Below are positions 13,789 to 27,723 of a DNA stretch of 64,000 nt, one piece after another. Under the pieces are notes generated by a model, which was given only the letters and a program-made list of their open reading frames with translations, made no database searches and was not told the origin of the DNA. A program made the translations under genes and the position numbers. This DNA is from Octopus vulgaris (Eukaryota): positions 112,282,001 to 112,346,000 of the forward strand of contig OX597820.1 of assembly GCA_951406725.2 (NCBI GenBank), written 5' to 3'. Each line of letters begins with the position of its first letter. The first letter of the stretch is position 1.

Positions 13789-15826
13789 TTACCTAGAAAG
13801 GTAAGAGGTAACGAAAAGTCTTATTAAAGTGGAGTTAATGAGCAATTGTGCACATTGGGTAGCAACCGTTTAAACTGTAAAGGGTATATCTTTGCTAAAG
13901 GAAAGTGAGCGAAAACCGAATAGTAGCTATGACCAACTTACCATGAGGGAAGTAGGTGGAAGGCAGAGTAATCGAATGGATGTGTTTCTGAAATGTGTGA
14001 TTCACAGCACTGTCTTAAGCAGGAGGACTTCTAAGAAAGTTTTCAAGAAGGTTGCTTGCTTGTAGGAGCGAATGGACAGGCCATTGCAACAGGGAAATCA
14101 ATCCCGTAAGTCAAATAACCTGGAGGGACATATGAACACGTGTATAAGGGGATGGCTAATTACCTGAGGTCACAAGAATTGGGGAGTTATGCAATGGAGA
14201 TTGTATCATGGTCGAACTGCACTAAGTGGCTGACTCATCAATGGTAACCTGTTAACACCGGTCTGCCTTTCCCCACGATGTGAAATGCATAATTCTGTGG
14301 TAATTCAAGGAAAAGATGGCAATGAAAGGTAAGACATCCATCGGAAGCTGGAAAGCAGCCTGCCCCTGCTATAGGACGGTTGAGTGTAACATGGGTGCCA
14401 TGGCAGTTGTAAGTCTTACCACCGAGTCTAACCTAAAATTGAGTATCAGGAGAAGATACTAGAAATCCCATGAAACGTCAACATATAAATACTGCAATTT
14501 TTTGCTGATTCCATACACAGTGTATCAAGCTAAGTGCAATGTAAATCGGTACATGGGTTGACTGCATTAACTGAGTTCAGATATCGCTCTGACTTTGGTC
14601 CACTTTGAATGCAGCAAGCAAAAACGCAGTATTTTCATTGTTGAAGTTTCAAGGGATTTACGGTACTGCAGTCAGTCAGTGGGTTTCAAAACCTTGAAGT
14701 GTTTTTCAATGTGGAAACGCAGTGATCCCCGTCTAGGAATGAACAGTGTCTTAGAATGGATTTGGGTGCACAATTCTAAACATTGGACTTGGCAAGAACT
14801 AAAAAGTTTGTGCTCCAAATGGCATAGTTTAGCATTAGAATGTTTGAATAAAAGTTTGGCAACGGAAATTTGTAACGTAGTAGTGCACTGAGCCACAGCA
14901 AAGGATGACTTTTGCTTAATTAAGTTTGCCAAAAGAGTGTCAATAGGGTGAGTAGGGGTGCAAAAAAGTGATGATGTATGCCTTGTCTCTACCCACTAAG
15001 TAACACCATATGCAGCAACTAAGGCATGGGTATGGTTAACGGAGAAGCTATTGCAAGCAGTAATAGGGCTTCAAAAGCTTTGACATGATTTTTTACAATG
15101 AACCACTGCTATGGTCCTCGATGAAAAACGCCTATTGCTCAATGGAACTTGCAAAAAGTATTGAACATGGGTTCTTTTGCTGTCATTTTTCAAAGTGAAA
15201 AGTGTAATGATTTAATGACTAAATGTTCGGCAACTGGCTTTTTTAAGGTAGCATTACATTGAACCCTGGCAAAGAAAGGGTAAGTGCTTCATTTAGTGGG
15301 CCAAAAAAATCTGTCAAAAGAGTAGTTATAGGTGCAGAACATGTTGGTGCATGGGCCTTTTTGCTTTCTTCCCCCAAAATAACACATTAACATGTAAAAG
15401 AGAGCAATTAAGGCATGAACAAAAGTTCAGCAACACATATGCACATAAGGTCACTTTATGTGTATGTCCCCGATCATGTGTGCAGGTCACAGGGGTGATT
15501 TCTTTGCCATGTCCTAGCTCTGACCTTATGGAGTATGTGTATAAAATTTGAGGTCGATTGGACATTGAATGTGGATTCCTATAAAAAAACATAAGTGTCT
15601 ACACACAGACACAGACACACACACAAGCTCAATTTTATAAATATAGATTTTCTCCATTTTCTCCTTATTGTTTAATAAATAAATATATGAATCACGGTTT
15701 ATATGGTTACCTTATAGCTGAGCTTTCTATAGATTGGTAACTAACCAGTATTTTCATTGGATTTATGATCCCTTAATGAGGTTTATTATCCTTACTTGAT
15801 AATGTATATATATATATATATGTATA

Positions 15827-16390
15827 TCATCATCATCATCGTTTAACGTCCGCTTTCCATGCTAGATGGGTTGGACGAATGACTGAGGGCTGGCGAACCA
15901 GATGGCTCCAATCTTGATCTGGCAGAGTTTCTACAGCTGGATGCCCTTCCTAATGCCAACCATTCCGAGAGTGTAGTGGGTGCTTTTACGTGCCACCGGC
16001 ACGGGGCCAGTCAGGCAGTACTGGCAATGACCTCGCTCGAATCTTTTACACATGCTACCGGCACAGGTGCCAGTTAGGCGATTCTGGTAATGATCACGCT
16101 CGAATGGTGTCTTTTACGTGCCACCAGCACAGAGGCCAGATAGCTGCTCTTGCAACGATCACACTCGGATGGTGCACTTTAAAGCGACAATCATCATTTG
16201 ACATTTGTCTTCCATGCTGGTATGGGTTGGACAATTTGACATTTGACAGGATCCAATGAGCTAGAGGACTGTGTCGAATTCCTTTGTCTGTTTTTGCATG
16301 ATTTCTATGGTTGGATGTTCTTCTTAATGACAACCACTTTACAGTGTACTGGATGCTTTTTCCATGACACCTGCTCTAGTGAGGTCAGCA
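15827..16390 (-). mobile_element. Two adjacent RTE-type 3' tail/SINE fragments with (GAT)n ends
   Basis: Reverse complement of the tail CCAACCCATGCTAGCATGGAAAGCGGACGTTAAACGATGATG also seen at 19220 and 25140; degenerate ~64-bp subrepeats. Confidence 0.75.
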
Positions 16391-17109
16391 AATAACTTGC
16401 AAGACACACACAGATATATGTATACACACACATGTATGTATGTATATAGGCCATATAAACTGATTCTCTTTTTTGCGTCTCCAGTTTCACACTACAGCAT
16501 TTGTCAGGCAGATAACCATTTCATCATAATTTGAAGTGGGATTATGAAATTAAGGAATTATAAGGGAAAATAGACATAGAATCCACACATTTAATGTTTT
16601 TGTTTTTTAATACAAAGTCCTTAAAATGTTTAGTCATTGGTAATCCTGTACAGCACTATTTCTTTCTTTTTAGAATCTCCAGCTTGACTTAACCTGCATC
16701 TTATTAAATTAAACATTCACTTGTGTTTATGAAAATGGCTGTCTTCTTTCATTGGACACACTTCTTGTTTTTCAAATACTAGTATTGTGCAAAAAAAGAA
16801 AAACATTTTTGTTACTGCTCGTTAGTCATGAGACTTGTTTTTCTATTTATGATCCAGTATTTTTGTTTTTTAACATTTTGTAATCTTGTTTTTGTTGTTC
16901 ATAATGTAAAATGTAATGAAACAAAGACAAAACAAAAACAGGATTATTATAAATAGACCGTAAAAAACAAAACAAAGCCACTGGACTATGAAAAGCAAAA
17001 ACAGAACCTATGATTACTGTTCCTAAACTGCATGCACATAAATGTGTGTGTTCATGCTTACATGTATACATGCTATGTGGTGTATGTGTGTTTATACATA
17101 CATCTCTTT

Positions 17110-17193
<84 letters not shown>

Positions 17194-17297
17194 GGTGTGT
17201 ATAGTTTTTAATGATGGAGCTCAAAGTACATAGTCTAAATAATAGTGTGTATAATATAGGGTTAAAAAAAAAACTTTGAATGGTGAAAAAAGTCAAA

Positions 17298-17366
17298 GGC
17301 TGACCGGTGAGATTCGAACCCATATCTTCTGTAAACATGACAGACATGCTACCATTATATCAAAGC
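17298..17366 (-). pseudogene. tRNA-derived sequence (SINE head or tRNA pseudogene)
   Basis: A-box-like TGATATAATGG, B-box GGTTCGAATCT, followed by a T-run; acceptor stem does not pair cleanly. Confidence 0.4.
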
Positions 17367-18016
17367 ATCTTGTGATATCACTTTTATAAGGGTCTTGTCT
17401 GTAGCTATTAATTTCATTGGTTGGTTTCTAATTTTGATTTGTCATAGCTGTTATTTTTTTCATGTTTTCACCTTTCTAGTTGTTGCTCAGTTTTTATGAG
17501 CTTATCTCAGTTTTTATTCTCATAAACTTAGCACGGAAAATGGACGTTAAACGATGATGATGATGATGATGTTCAAAACCCTTATTTGCATGACCTTGTA
17601 TTTTCTGTTTATCAAATTCACTTGTAGTTCCTCTAATGGTCATAGCTATTACAACAGAGATAAACATTTCATCATAATTCAAGGCTAGTTTAAGAGTTAT
17701 CCCTTGATATAAGCTCTCTTCCCTCTTTTCTCTATTTTTTCTCTCTTTCTCCCTCTTATCTTTTATCTCTACCTATCTATCTAATCCCATTTAAAGAAAT
17801 GATTTAATGTGACATTGTACATTGATTGTTTTATAACCCATAGGCTTATGAAATCCTATGCTGTTAAATCTGGCTAAGCCTCAGTATTTTTCTCACTTTA
17901 TAAGATTGAAGAGGACTAATCCACATTCCACCTCTTCATATTTTTTTTCCGCAATGCCGAAGCTGATGAAAAAAGGCACAGCCGCCTTGCAACTTCTGCT
18001 GCCCGACAAACCCTCC

Positions 18017-19262
18017 AGCAAGGTCTAGAATTGAAGGGCCTTGGAGTCAATCTAGCAAAAATCAAAATCTTAATAAGTAGGAAAGCAGACGAATCACAAA
18101 TCCCTTCAGGTAGATGGCCCTGCTTGATATGTAGAAAAAGCATAGGTAGAAACTCCATAAGATGTACCTGGTGTAAGCTATGGACACATAAGAAGTGCAG
18201 CAATATCGAAGAAAGGTTAACTGGGAAGATAGTTTTTGTGTGTGGCAGATGCACAGGGGTAATAAACGCCAAAGATGTACAGAAACCAGATTCCATTGTG
18301 CAAAAAAATACGAAGAGGCGGAATGTGGATTGGCCCTCTTTGATCTTATAAAGTGAGAAAAAACAAATGCCAGGGGGAAAAACTAGAAGTAGTTGATAGC
18401 TTTCGTTACCTAGGTGATCAAGTCAGTAGTGGGGGGTGGATGGTCTGAGAACGTGTTGCAAGAATAAGAACAGCATGGGTAAAGTTGAGGGAGCTCCTAC
18501 CTCTGCTGGTAATAAAGGGCCTCTCTCTCAGAGTGAAAAGTAGGCTGTATGATGCATGTGTGCAACAGCCATACTACATGGCGGTGAAACATGGGCTGTG
18601 ACTGCTGAGGACATGTGTTGGCTTGAAAGAATTGAAGCTAGTATGCTTTGCTGGATGTGTAATACCAGTGTGCATACATGACAGACTTTAAGTGTCCTGA
18701 GAGAAAAGTTGGACATAAGAAGTGTCAGATGTGGTGTGCAAGAGAAACAACTGCACTGGTATGGTCATGTGTTGCATATGGATGAGGAGAGCTGTGTGAA
18801 GAAGTGTCACATCCTAACAGTAGAAGGAACCTGTTGAAGAGGTAGCACCAGGAAGACCTGGGATGAGGCGGTGAAGCATGACCTTCAAACATTGGCCCTC
18901 ACAAAGCAATGACAAGCACCTGAGACCCTTGGAGATATGCTGTGCTAGAGAAGACCCAGCAAACCAAGTGGGATTGTAGCCAGTGTCACATGACTGGCCC
19001 ATTTAAAAGTACCCTTCACTCGTTGGGCAATATGCTGTGCTTGAGAAGACCTGTTGAGTCAAGTGCCACCTGACTGGCACCTGTACCGTTGCACTTAAAA
19101 AGCACCCACTACACTCTTAGAGTGGTTGATGTTAGAAAAGGCATCCAGCTGTAGAAACCTTGCCAGAACAGATTGGAGCTTGATGCAGCCTCCTGGCTTA
19201 CCAGTCCTCAGTCAAACTGTTCAACCCATGCCAGCATGGAAAGCAGACGTTAAATGGTGATG
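18017..19262 (+). mobile_element. 5'-truncated RTE-clade LINE (RT C-terminal part with Cys/His finger, 3' UTR and GAT tail)
   Basis: KGLGVNLAKIKIL, PCLICRK..RCTWCKLWTHKKCS..FVCGRC, LEVVDSFRYLG, LHWYGHVLHM; shared 3' tail. Confidence 0.88.
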
Positions 19263-19604
19263 TGTGTTAATAGTGTATGTGTATGTATTTATGTATCTAT
19301 ATATATTTGTGCTTGTACATATATTACTATAGGCAAACAACATTTGCATACATATGTAAATATACAGGTAAATAAGAAGATTAGTTTTGTAACCTCGAAC
19401 ACTTTGGCTAATTTTTTTTTAATGCTGTTGTGTATATATTTTGGTTCATGGTAGCATCACTAATTTCGTTGTCACTTAACATAAATATATTAACATAATA
19501 AAGGGATAACATAACAAGAGTTAAATGGTCCTGTGAAACTTAAAGAAATAGGCAAGTGTTTGAAAGGAATGACAAAAAATACATCGATAAAAATCATCTT
19601 GTAT

Positions 19605-19636
<32 letters not shown>

Positions 19637-20759
19637 GTATATATATATATATATATAGGCATGGACAGGTGCAGGTATTTTTGAGTGGTTAAGAAGTTTG
19701 CTTTTAAACCTTGTGGTTTCTGGGTTCAGTTCCACTCTATGGTACCTTTCGTAAGTGCTTTCTTCTAGCATGTAACTATTGGGTTGAAAGCCCCTTTTGA
19801 TAGACAGCTTGAAGGCTGAGAAAAGAAACCTTGTGAGTGGCAGATAAAAAATGGTTTGTGTCCTCTTGTTTTGACATTGCATGATAATTGTAAATAAATG
19901 TCATTGATTTCCAATATTCTGCAAAATGTGCCTGGTCATCGGGGAATAGGTGAAGGTTGGTGGCAGGAAGGGCATCCACCTGTTAAATATCTACTTCAAT
20001 AACCTCTGTGCCCCCCCCCCCCCTGCAAGCATGGAAAAGTGCATATTAAAAGATGTTGATGATTTATTGATTGATCAACCTTGGAATACTCCCCAATTAT
20101 ATCACACCTGTCTGTAAACCTTGACTGATCAATGAATTGATTGGTTCCACCACAATTGTCATACCTGTGTGATGGGAGTGTCAGTCAGTCTGCAGATGAA
20201 CAGGACAAACAAGTTAATTTAGTTTTCATTGATTCATAAGAGTCATGAGACTGATTCTTTTGTATGATTTCCATAGCTTTAAGTAGATGTGAGGCAAATT
20301 TCCTTCTGGACAGGATACTGATCTACTACAAGTAACTTTCCAATCTGAAGGTAAGGAACGCTAAACTCAACATTGCAAGTCAGTAATTTTCATTCTGGTT
20401 CTAGTGTTACCACTAATTAGTGCAAGGAGTTATATCACTGCAGTGTTACCTACTTACAGCCACATAGACTTAACTGAGGAGTTTTGTCACTTAAGTGCCA
20501 CCTACTTATAACTACATAGACTCAGCCATTTAAAAGTTAATCTCTTGGTCATGTGCACAACAAGGCGACAAGTTACTAACTTCTGATCTCTAAGCTAAGC
20601 TGTTTGTCCAGTAATGTATTAACTTAGCAGCCATGCTCTTACAGTGCTCAGGGATTTAATAACTGGGAAAATAAACCTATCAATGACACTAATTTAGTAA
20701 TTGTTCATTATCCCAAACTGCAAATTCTAAAATATGTTCTTTTAGGAAACTCAAAGCAA

Positions 20760-20924
20760 GGCATAGGAGTGGCTGTATGGTAAGTAGCTTGTTTACGAAT
20801 CACATGGTTCCGGGTTCAGTCCCACTGCGTGGCGCACCTTGGGCAAGTGTCTTCTACTATAGCCTCGGGTCGACCAAAGCCTTGTGAGTGGATTTGGTAG
20901 ATGGAAACTGAAAGAAGCCTGTCG

Positions 20925-20925
<1 letters not shown>
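20760..20925 (+). mobile_element. tRNA-derived SINE family A (copies ~370-665, 19657-19860, 22210-22495(-), 25920-26250, 36908-37060, 48650-48810(-), 59790-60135(-), 62065-62235(-))
   Basis: A-box TGGCTGTATGG, B-box-like GGTTCAGTCCC, core CCTTGGGCAAGTGTCTTCTACTATAGCC; multiple dispersed copies. Confidence 0.85.
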
Positions 20926-20959
<34 letters not shown>

Positions 20960-22509
20960 ATATATATGTATATGTTGATGACTGCTCTACATTTTTAACC
21001 CTTCTGTTCAACCTTATTTCTGTTGAAATACACTGCCTTTGTTTCAGTCAATTTTGAAATAATGAAGATGTTAGTAAAATAACTTTGTCATTTTTAAGCA
21101 AGTCTTTGGAACATGAATTAACATGAAATTTTGATGGAAGATTCTAGTTTATTTTATTACCCCATTTGAAAGGAAGAAAGGCAAAGTTGATCTTGGCAGC
21201 ATTTGAACTCAGAACATATATAACCAGAAGCATTTTGTCCAATGTGCTGACCATTTTGCCTGCTCACTGACTTTTCAATAATAATAATAATAATAATTTT
21301 ATTTTGGCACAAGGCCACCAAGTTTGTGGGAGGGGATCCCAGTATTTTTATTGATCCCGAAAGGTTGAAAGGTAAAGTCGACCAAGGCAGAATTTGGACT
21401 CAAAACATTAAGACAGACAAAATACTGCTAAGCATTCTGCCCAGCATGCTAACGAATCTACCAGCTTGCCACCTAATAATAATAGTAATGATGATGATGA
21501 TGATTTAGCACAAAGCCAACAGTTTTGAGGTTTGGAGAACAGTCGATACCATTGATCCCAGTACTTGATTGGTATTTTATTATATAAATCCTGAGTGAGT
21601 GAAAAGCAGAGTTGATGAAGATGATGATGATGATGATAAGTGGAAAGAAACAATTATAATCTTTCAGTAAGACAATTTAACAACTTGCATTTCCAGTTTC
21701 CATTTTAAACATTTCAGTTATGACACTAATTGTGTGTGTGTGTGTGTGTGTGCGTTTTGGTATATGAATGTATGCGTGCATGTATGTCACATGCAAGTTG
21801 TTTGTCAAATGTTACAGGTTAAAAAGATACTTATTGTGATTTTGTCTTTCTGTTCTGATGTTACTCAATAGACTAGTGTTCAAATGTGTGAATAGTATGT
21901 CTGCTGGTATAGAAATAAACAGAATCAAATTTAAAGTTGGAATAATGGCTATTCCTTTAACACACACACACACACACACCACATGTTTTATAGGTTACTA
22001 ACTTAGTTATGGGGAGGGAGTTGTAACTAAATAAACAAGTAGAATTAAAAATAAAACTAAAAGCAAATGGAATTATTTCAGTCCCTAGTAGATGTGTCCT
22101 TGCATTTGGCACTACATGGAAATGGGAAACATCTGTAGTCTCTGGTAGCGTTGGAACGGCTTGTTCTTATTGTGGTTCTTAAAATTTCTATTCTTTTTTT
22201 TTTCTTGTTTCAATCATTGGACTGCAGCCATTTTGGGATTCAAGTTTGAGAGACTTAATCAATTGAATTGAACTTTGTGTTTACTTTCTTTTTCTAGGTC
22301 TGGTACTTATTCTATCAGTCTCTCTTGCTAAACTGCTAAGTCACAGGGGTGTAAACAAACACTTGTCAAGTAGTGAGAAGTAAACACAAAATGCACACAT
22401 ACACATACACTATTGGTCAACTTGGGCTATAGTGAAAGATACTTGTTCTAAATGTTGTACAGTGAGACTAAGCGAGAAACCATGTGGTTGTGCTTAATCA
22501 TTTGCCAAT

Positions 22510-23102
22510 GAATTGTGACCACTTCCCCCTTTATGCATACATCTGCACCTTTCAGAAACAGCACCCAGACATAAACAACCCTACACAGATATTTCACCTA
22601 TATTCTACCGTATTACCTCCCATCATGTTTCTGGTTTTTAGAACTGTGGCTATCATTTGTTAAAAGCATCTGGTGATGCTAAATTGTTGTTAAATAATAG
22701 AAATTTGTGCTTCTTTGACCTGGGCAGATGTCTGTGCCTGTTCTTTCAGTTCAAGAACTAGGTGTAAATATAGGTGGAGCTTGTATTATACACCTGTCTG
22801 CAACCTGAATTGTGAGCATCCTATCTGCACACATCAGCACCTTTCACAAATAACACCCACATATACACAACCCTATGCAAATATTTCATCTATATTCCAC
22901 CTTATTACCTCACTTTTTTTTTTTTTTTAGAACTGTGACTGTTGAAAGTAACTGGTGACATATTAAATTGTTGTTAAATAATAGAAATTTGTGCATCCTT
23001 GACCTGGGCAGGGTATATTGATATATGTTCCTATTCTTTAAATCCAACAACTAGATGTGAATATAAGTAGAACTAGTGTGTTAGACACTTGCCTGCAATC
23101 TG
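22510..23102 (+). repeat. Old diverged tandem duplication, two ~297-bp units
   Basis: Colinear shared blocks GAATTGTGA, TTTTAGAACTGTG, TAAATTGTTGTTAAATAATAGAAATTTGTGC, TTGACCTGGGCAG in both units. Confidence 0.8.
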
Positions 23103-23193
23103 GTGGCATGCTAAATGGGGAGATGAAACTTTATATTGTTTGTTGTTAGTGCAAACGTGACTGTGTGGTCAAGAAAGTCACTTCCTTATCAAA

Positions 23194-23229
<36 letters not shown>

Positions 23230-23527
23230 GAATGTTCCTTGTGTTGTATGTCTTGTACTGTTTTTTCGTTATTTAAAAAAATGTCCGTTTCCACGTTTTT
23301 GTTTTTATGTTTTCGTTACTCGTGTTCTATGTTTTTTTGGTGTCCTGTACCCATATATGTATGTATATATACATATAGATGTAGGTATGTACATATATGA
23401 ATGTATGTATGCATATGTTTTATTTATTACTTATCTATTTCTGAGGTTATAGTAGAAGACCCTTGTCCAAGGTACCATGCAGTGGGACTGAACACAGAAC
23501 CATGCGTTTGGGAAGTATGCCTGTGCC

Positions 23528-25919
<2,392 letters not shown>

Positions 25920-27209
25920 GGCACAGGCGTACTTCCTAAACGCATGGTTCTGGATTCAGTCCCACTGCATGGTACCTTGGACAAGGGTCTTCTACTATAA
26001 CCTCAGACCAACCAAAGCCTTGTGAGTGAAATTGGTAGTTGGAAACTGAAAGAAGGCCATCAAATTGTGTGTGTGTCTTTGTTTCTGTGTTTGTCTCTCA
26101 TGCTTGTTGGTGTGTTTAGCAGTTTGGCAAAAGAGACCAATAGTGCCAGGCTTAAAAAAATAAATAAGTACTGGGTTGAATAGTGCAACTAAAATTCCTC
26201 AAGGCAGTGCCCCAGCATGCCTAATGACTAATGACTGAAACCAGTAAAACACACCTATACACCTTTTCCCCTTTTTTAAGCTTGAGACTAATACAACCTT
26301 TGTTAAAACTAGTTCCTCTTGTTTTGTCTTTTTTCTTTGCTCATTACCTGATATGTGTGTGTGTTACTGTCACAAGCATCACTGTTATACAAATGCTGTC
26401 CTTCATTTCCAATCTGAAAATATGTCTTACTGCTGGGAAATATGATCTTAGTTGGAAACAGGTGAGGGTTAGCAACAGGAAGGGCATCCAGCCATAGAAA
26501 ATCTGCCTCAGAAATTCCTTCTAATGCAAGTGAGCACAGAAAAGTTGACATTAAAAGCTATGAGGACAATGTTTGTTTATTGACCTCTACATGTATACAG
26601 CTTGCACCATTCACACACAACATGCACGTACACCCACCCAACCGACCCAAGTATTTCACTTAGCTTGCATCGAATCTCTTCCAATGGTTTTTTTTTAGTT
26701 GTTATCAACCAGTGACCTACATATTGGCTCCATTTTATTAAAAGGCATTAGAAGCTAAAAGTAATAGTAGTATAACTCAAATAATCCAACCTGAACCATT
26801 CCACTACTGCTGTGAGCCACTACACTAAAGTAGAAATGGCTGTATTTATTGATATTTTTATGTATTTGTAAACATTCTGTAATTTTTGTTTAACCCCAGG
26901 CCTGCCATGATTGAGTAGACCTATGGTCAAAGGCATTCCGATCATAGCTATCACATTTTTTTAATATCTGCATCTACATTCTCATGTGTGTTCTTTTTTA
27001 AAAGATGGTTGAGTGTTTGATTTGAGAAGGATTCTGCTGCTTGTTATTTCTAGCAGCTTAACCACTATTCACGGCATATACCAAGATGGCTGAGTGGTGA
27101 TCCACATTTGTACTCCACTTTTATTCCCTGTTGACATATCTCACTTCTTTTCAGTTTTATATGAAGTACAGGTGACATGTATATGTGTGTGTGTATAATC
27201 TCAGGTAGC

Positions 27210-27247
<38 letters not shown>

Positions 27248-27638
27248 CTATGTGTCAGTTCAGAGATGGAAGAAAAGTAACATTACCAGATTAACTTACT
27301 CTTATGTCCTCACATTCTTTTGTTTCCCTTTGCTTCACATATCAATTCCATGATAAATAACCCTCAAAAACATGTCAATGAATGACCCTCTATGTGGGAA
27401 TTCAACCTGCTTGAAATAAAAGCCAAATTGCCCTCAAATCACACTTGACCATCTTCAAAAAGGATACATTGAATAATATGAACATGTCCCTTTTGTATAT
27501 AAGATACAGACAGAATGGTTATGGTTGAAATATATCTTTGATCTTAGATCTGCTCAATCAGGGCTGAACTGGGGCTAATCATCTTTGCTTAACATATCCA
27601 ATTTATAACCATTGTTTTTTTTCTGTTTTGTTTTGCAG

Positions 27639-27723
27639 GACATGAAAATGTTACTTGTGAGTTGTCGGTGTCTGAATGTACAGATCAGACTCAAGGGTGA
27701 TGTCTTAGAAGAACAATATTCAG
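27639..27723 (+). CDS. AKT1S1: AKT1S1 coding exon 1 (ATG 27642, alternative ATG 27648): [27 protein letters not shown]
   Basis: Pyrimidine tract + TTGCAG acceptor, CAG|GTAAGT donor. An acceptor before the ATG implies an upstream non-coding exon. Confidence 0.82.

Larger units (their letters stand above)
8080..15647 (-). mobile_element. Full-length, decayed, formerly autonomous Helitron (~7.6 kb)
   Basis: Minus strand 5' TCTATATTTATAAAATTG..(TG)n, 3' hairpin ACCCATGCAACACCGGGT + CTAG, A|T target, internal RepHel remnants. Confidence 0.92.

Noticed and set aside
14595-14932. Overlapping 98-aa and 86-aa ORFs in the Helitron 5' region
   Set aside because: No motif I can recognise; cannot be called a captured gene without a database search.
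17298-17366. Functional tRNA gene
   Set aside because: A/B boxes are present but the cloverleaf stems do not pair properly; kept only as tRNA-derived.
17916-18296. 126-aa minus-strand ORF between inverted repeats, suggesting a TIR element with cargo
   Set aside because: It is the antisense shadow of the RTE frame; the RTE continues colinearly past the right arm and I see no TSD.
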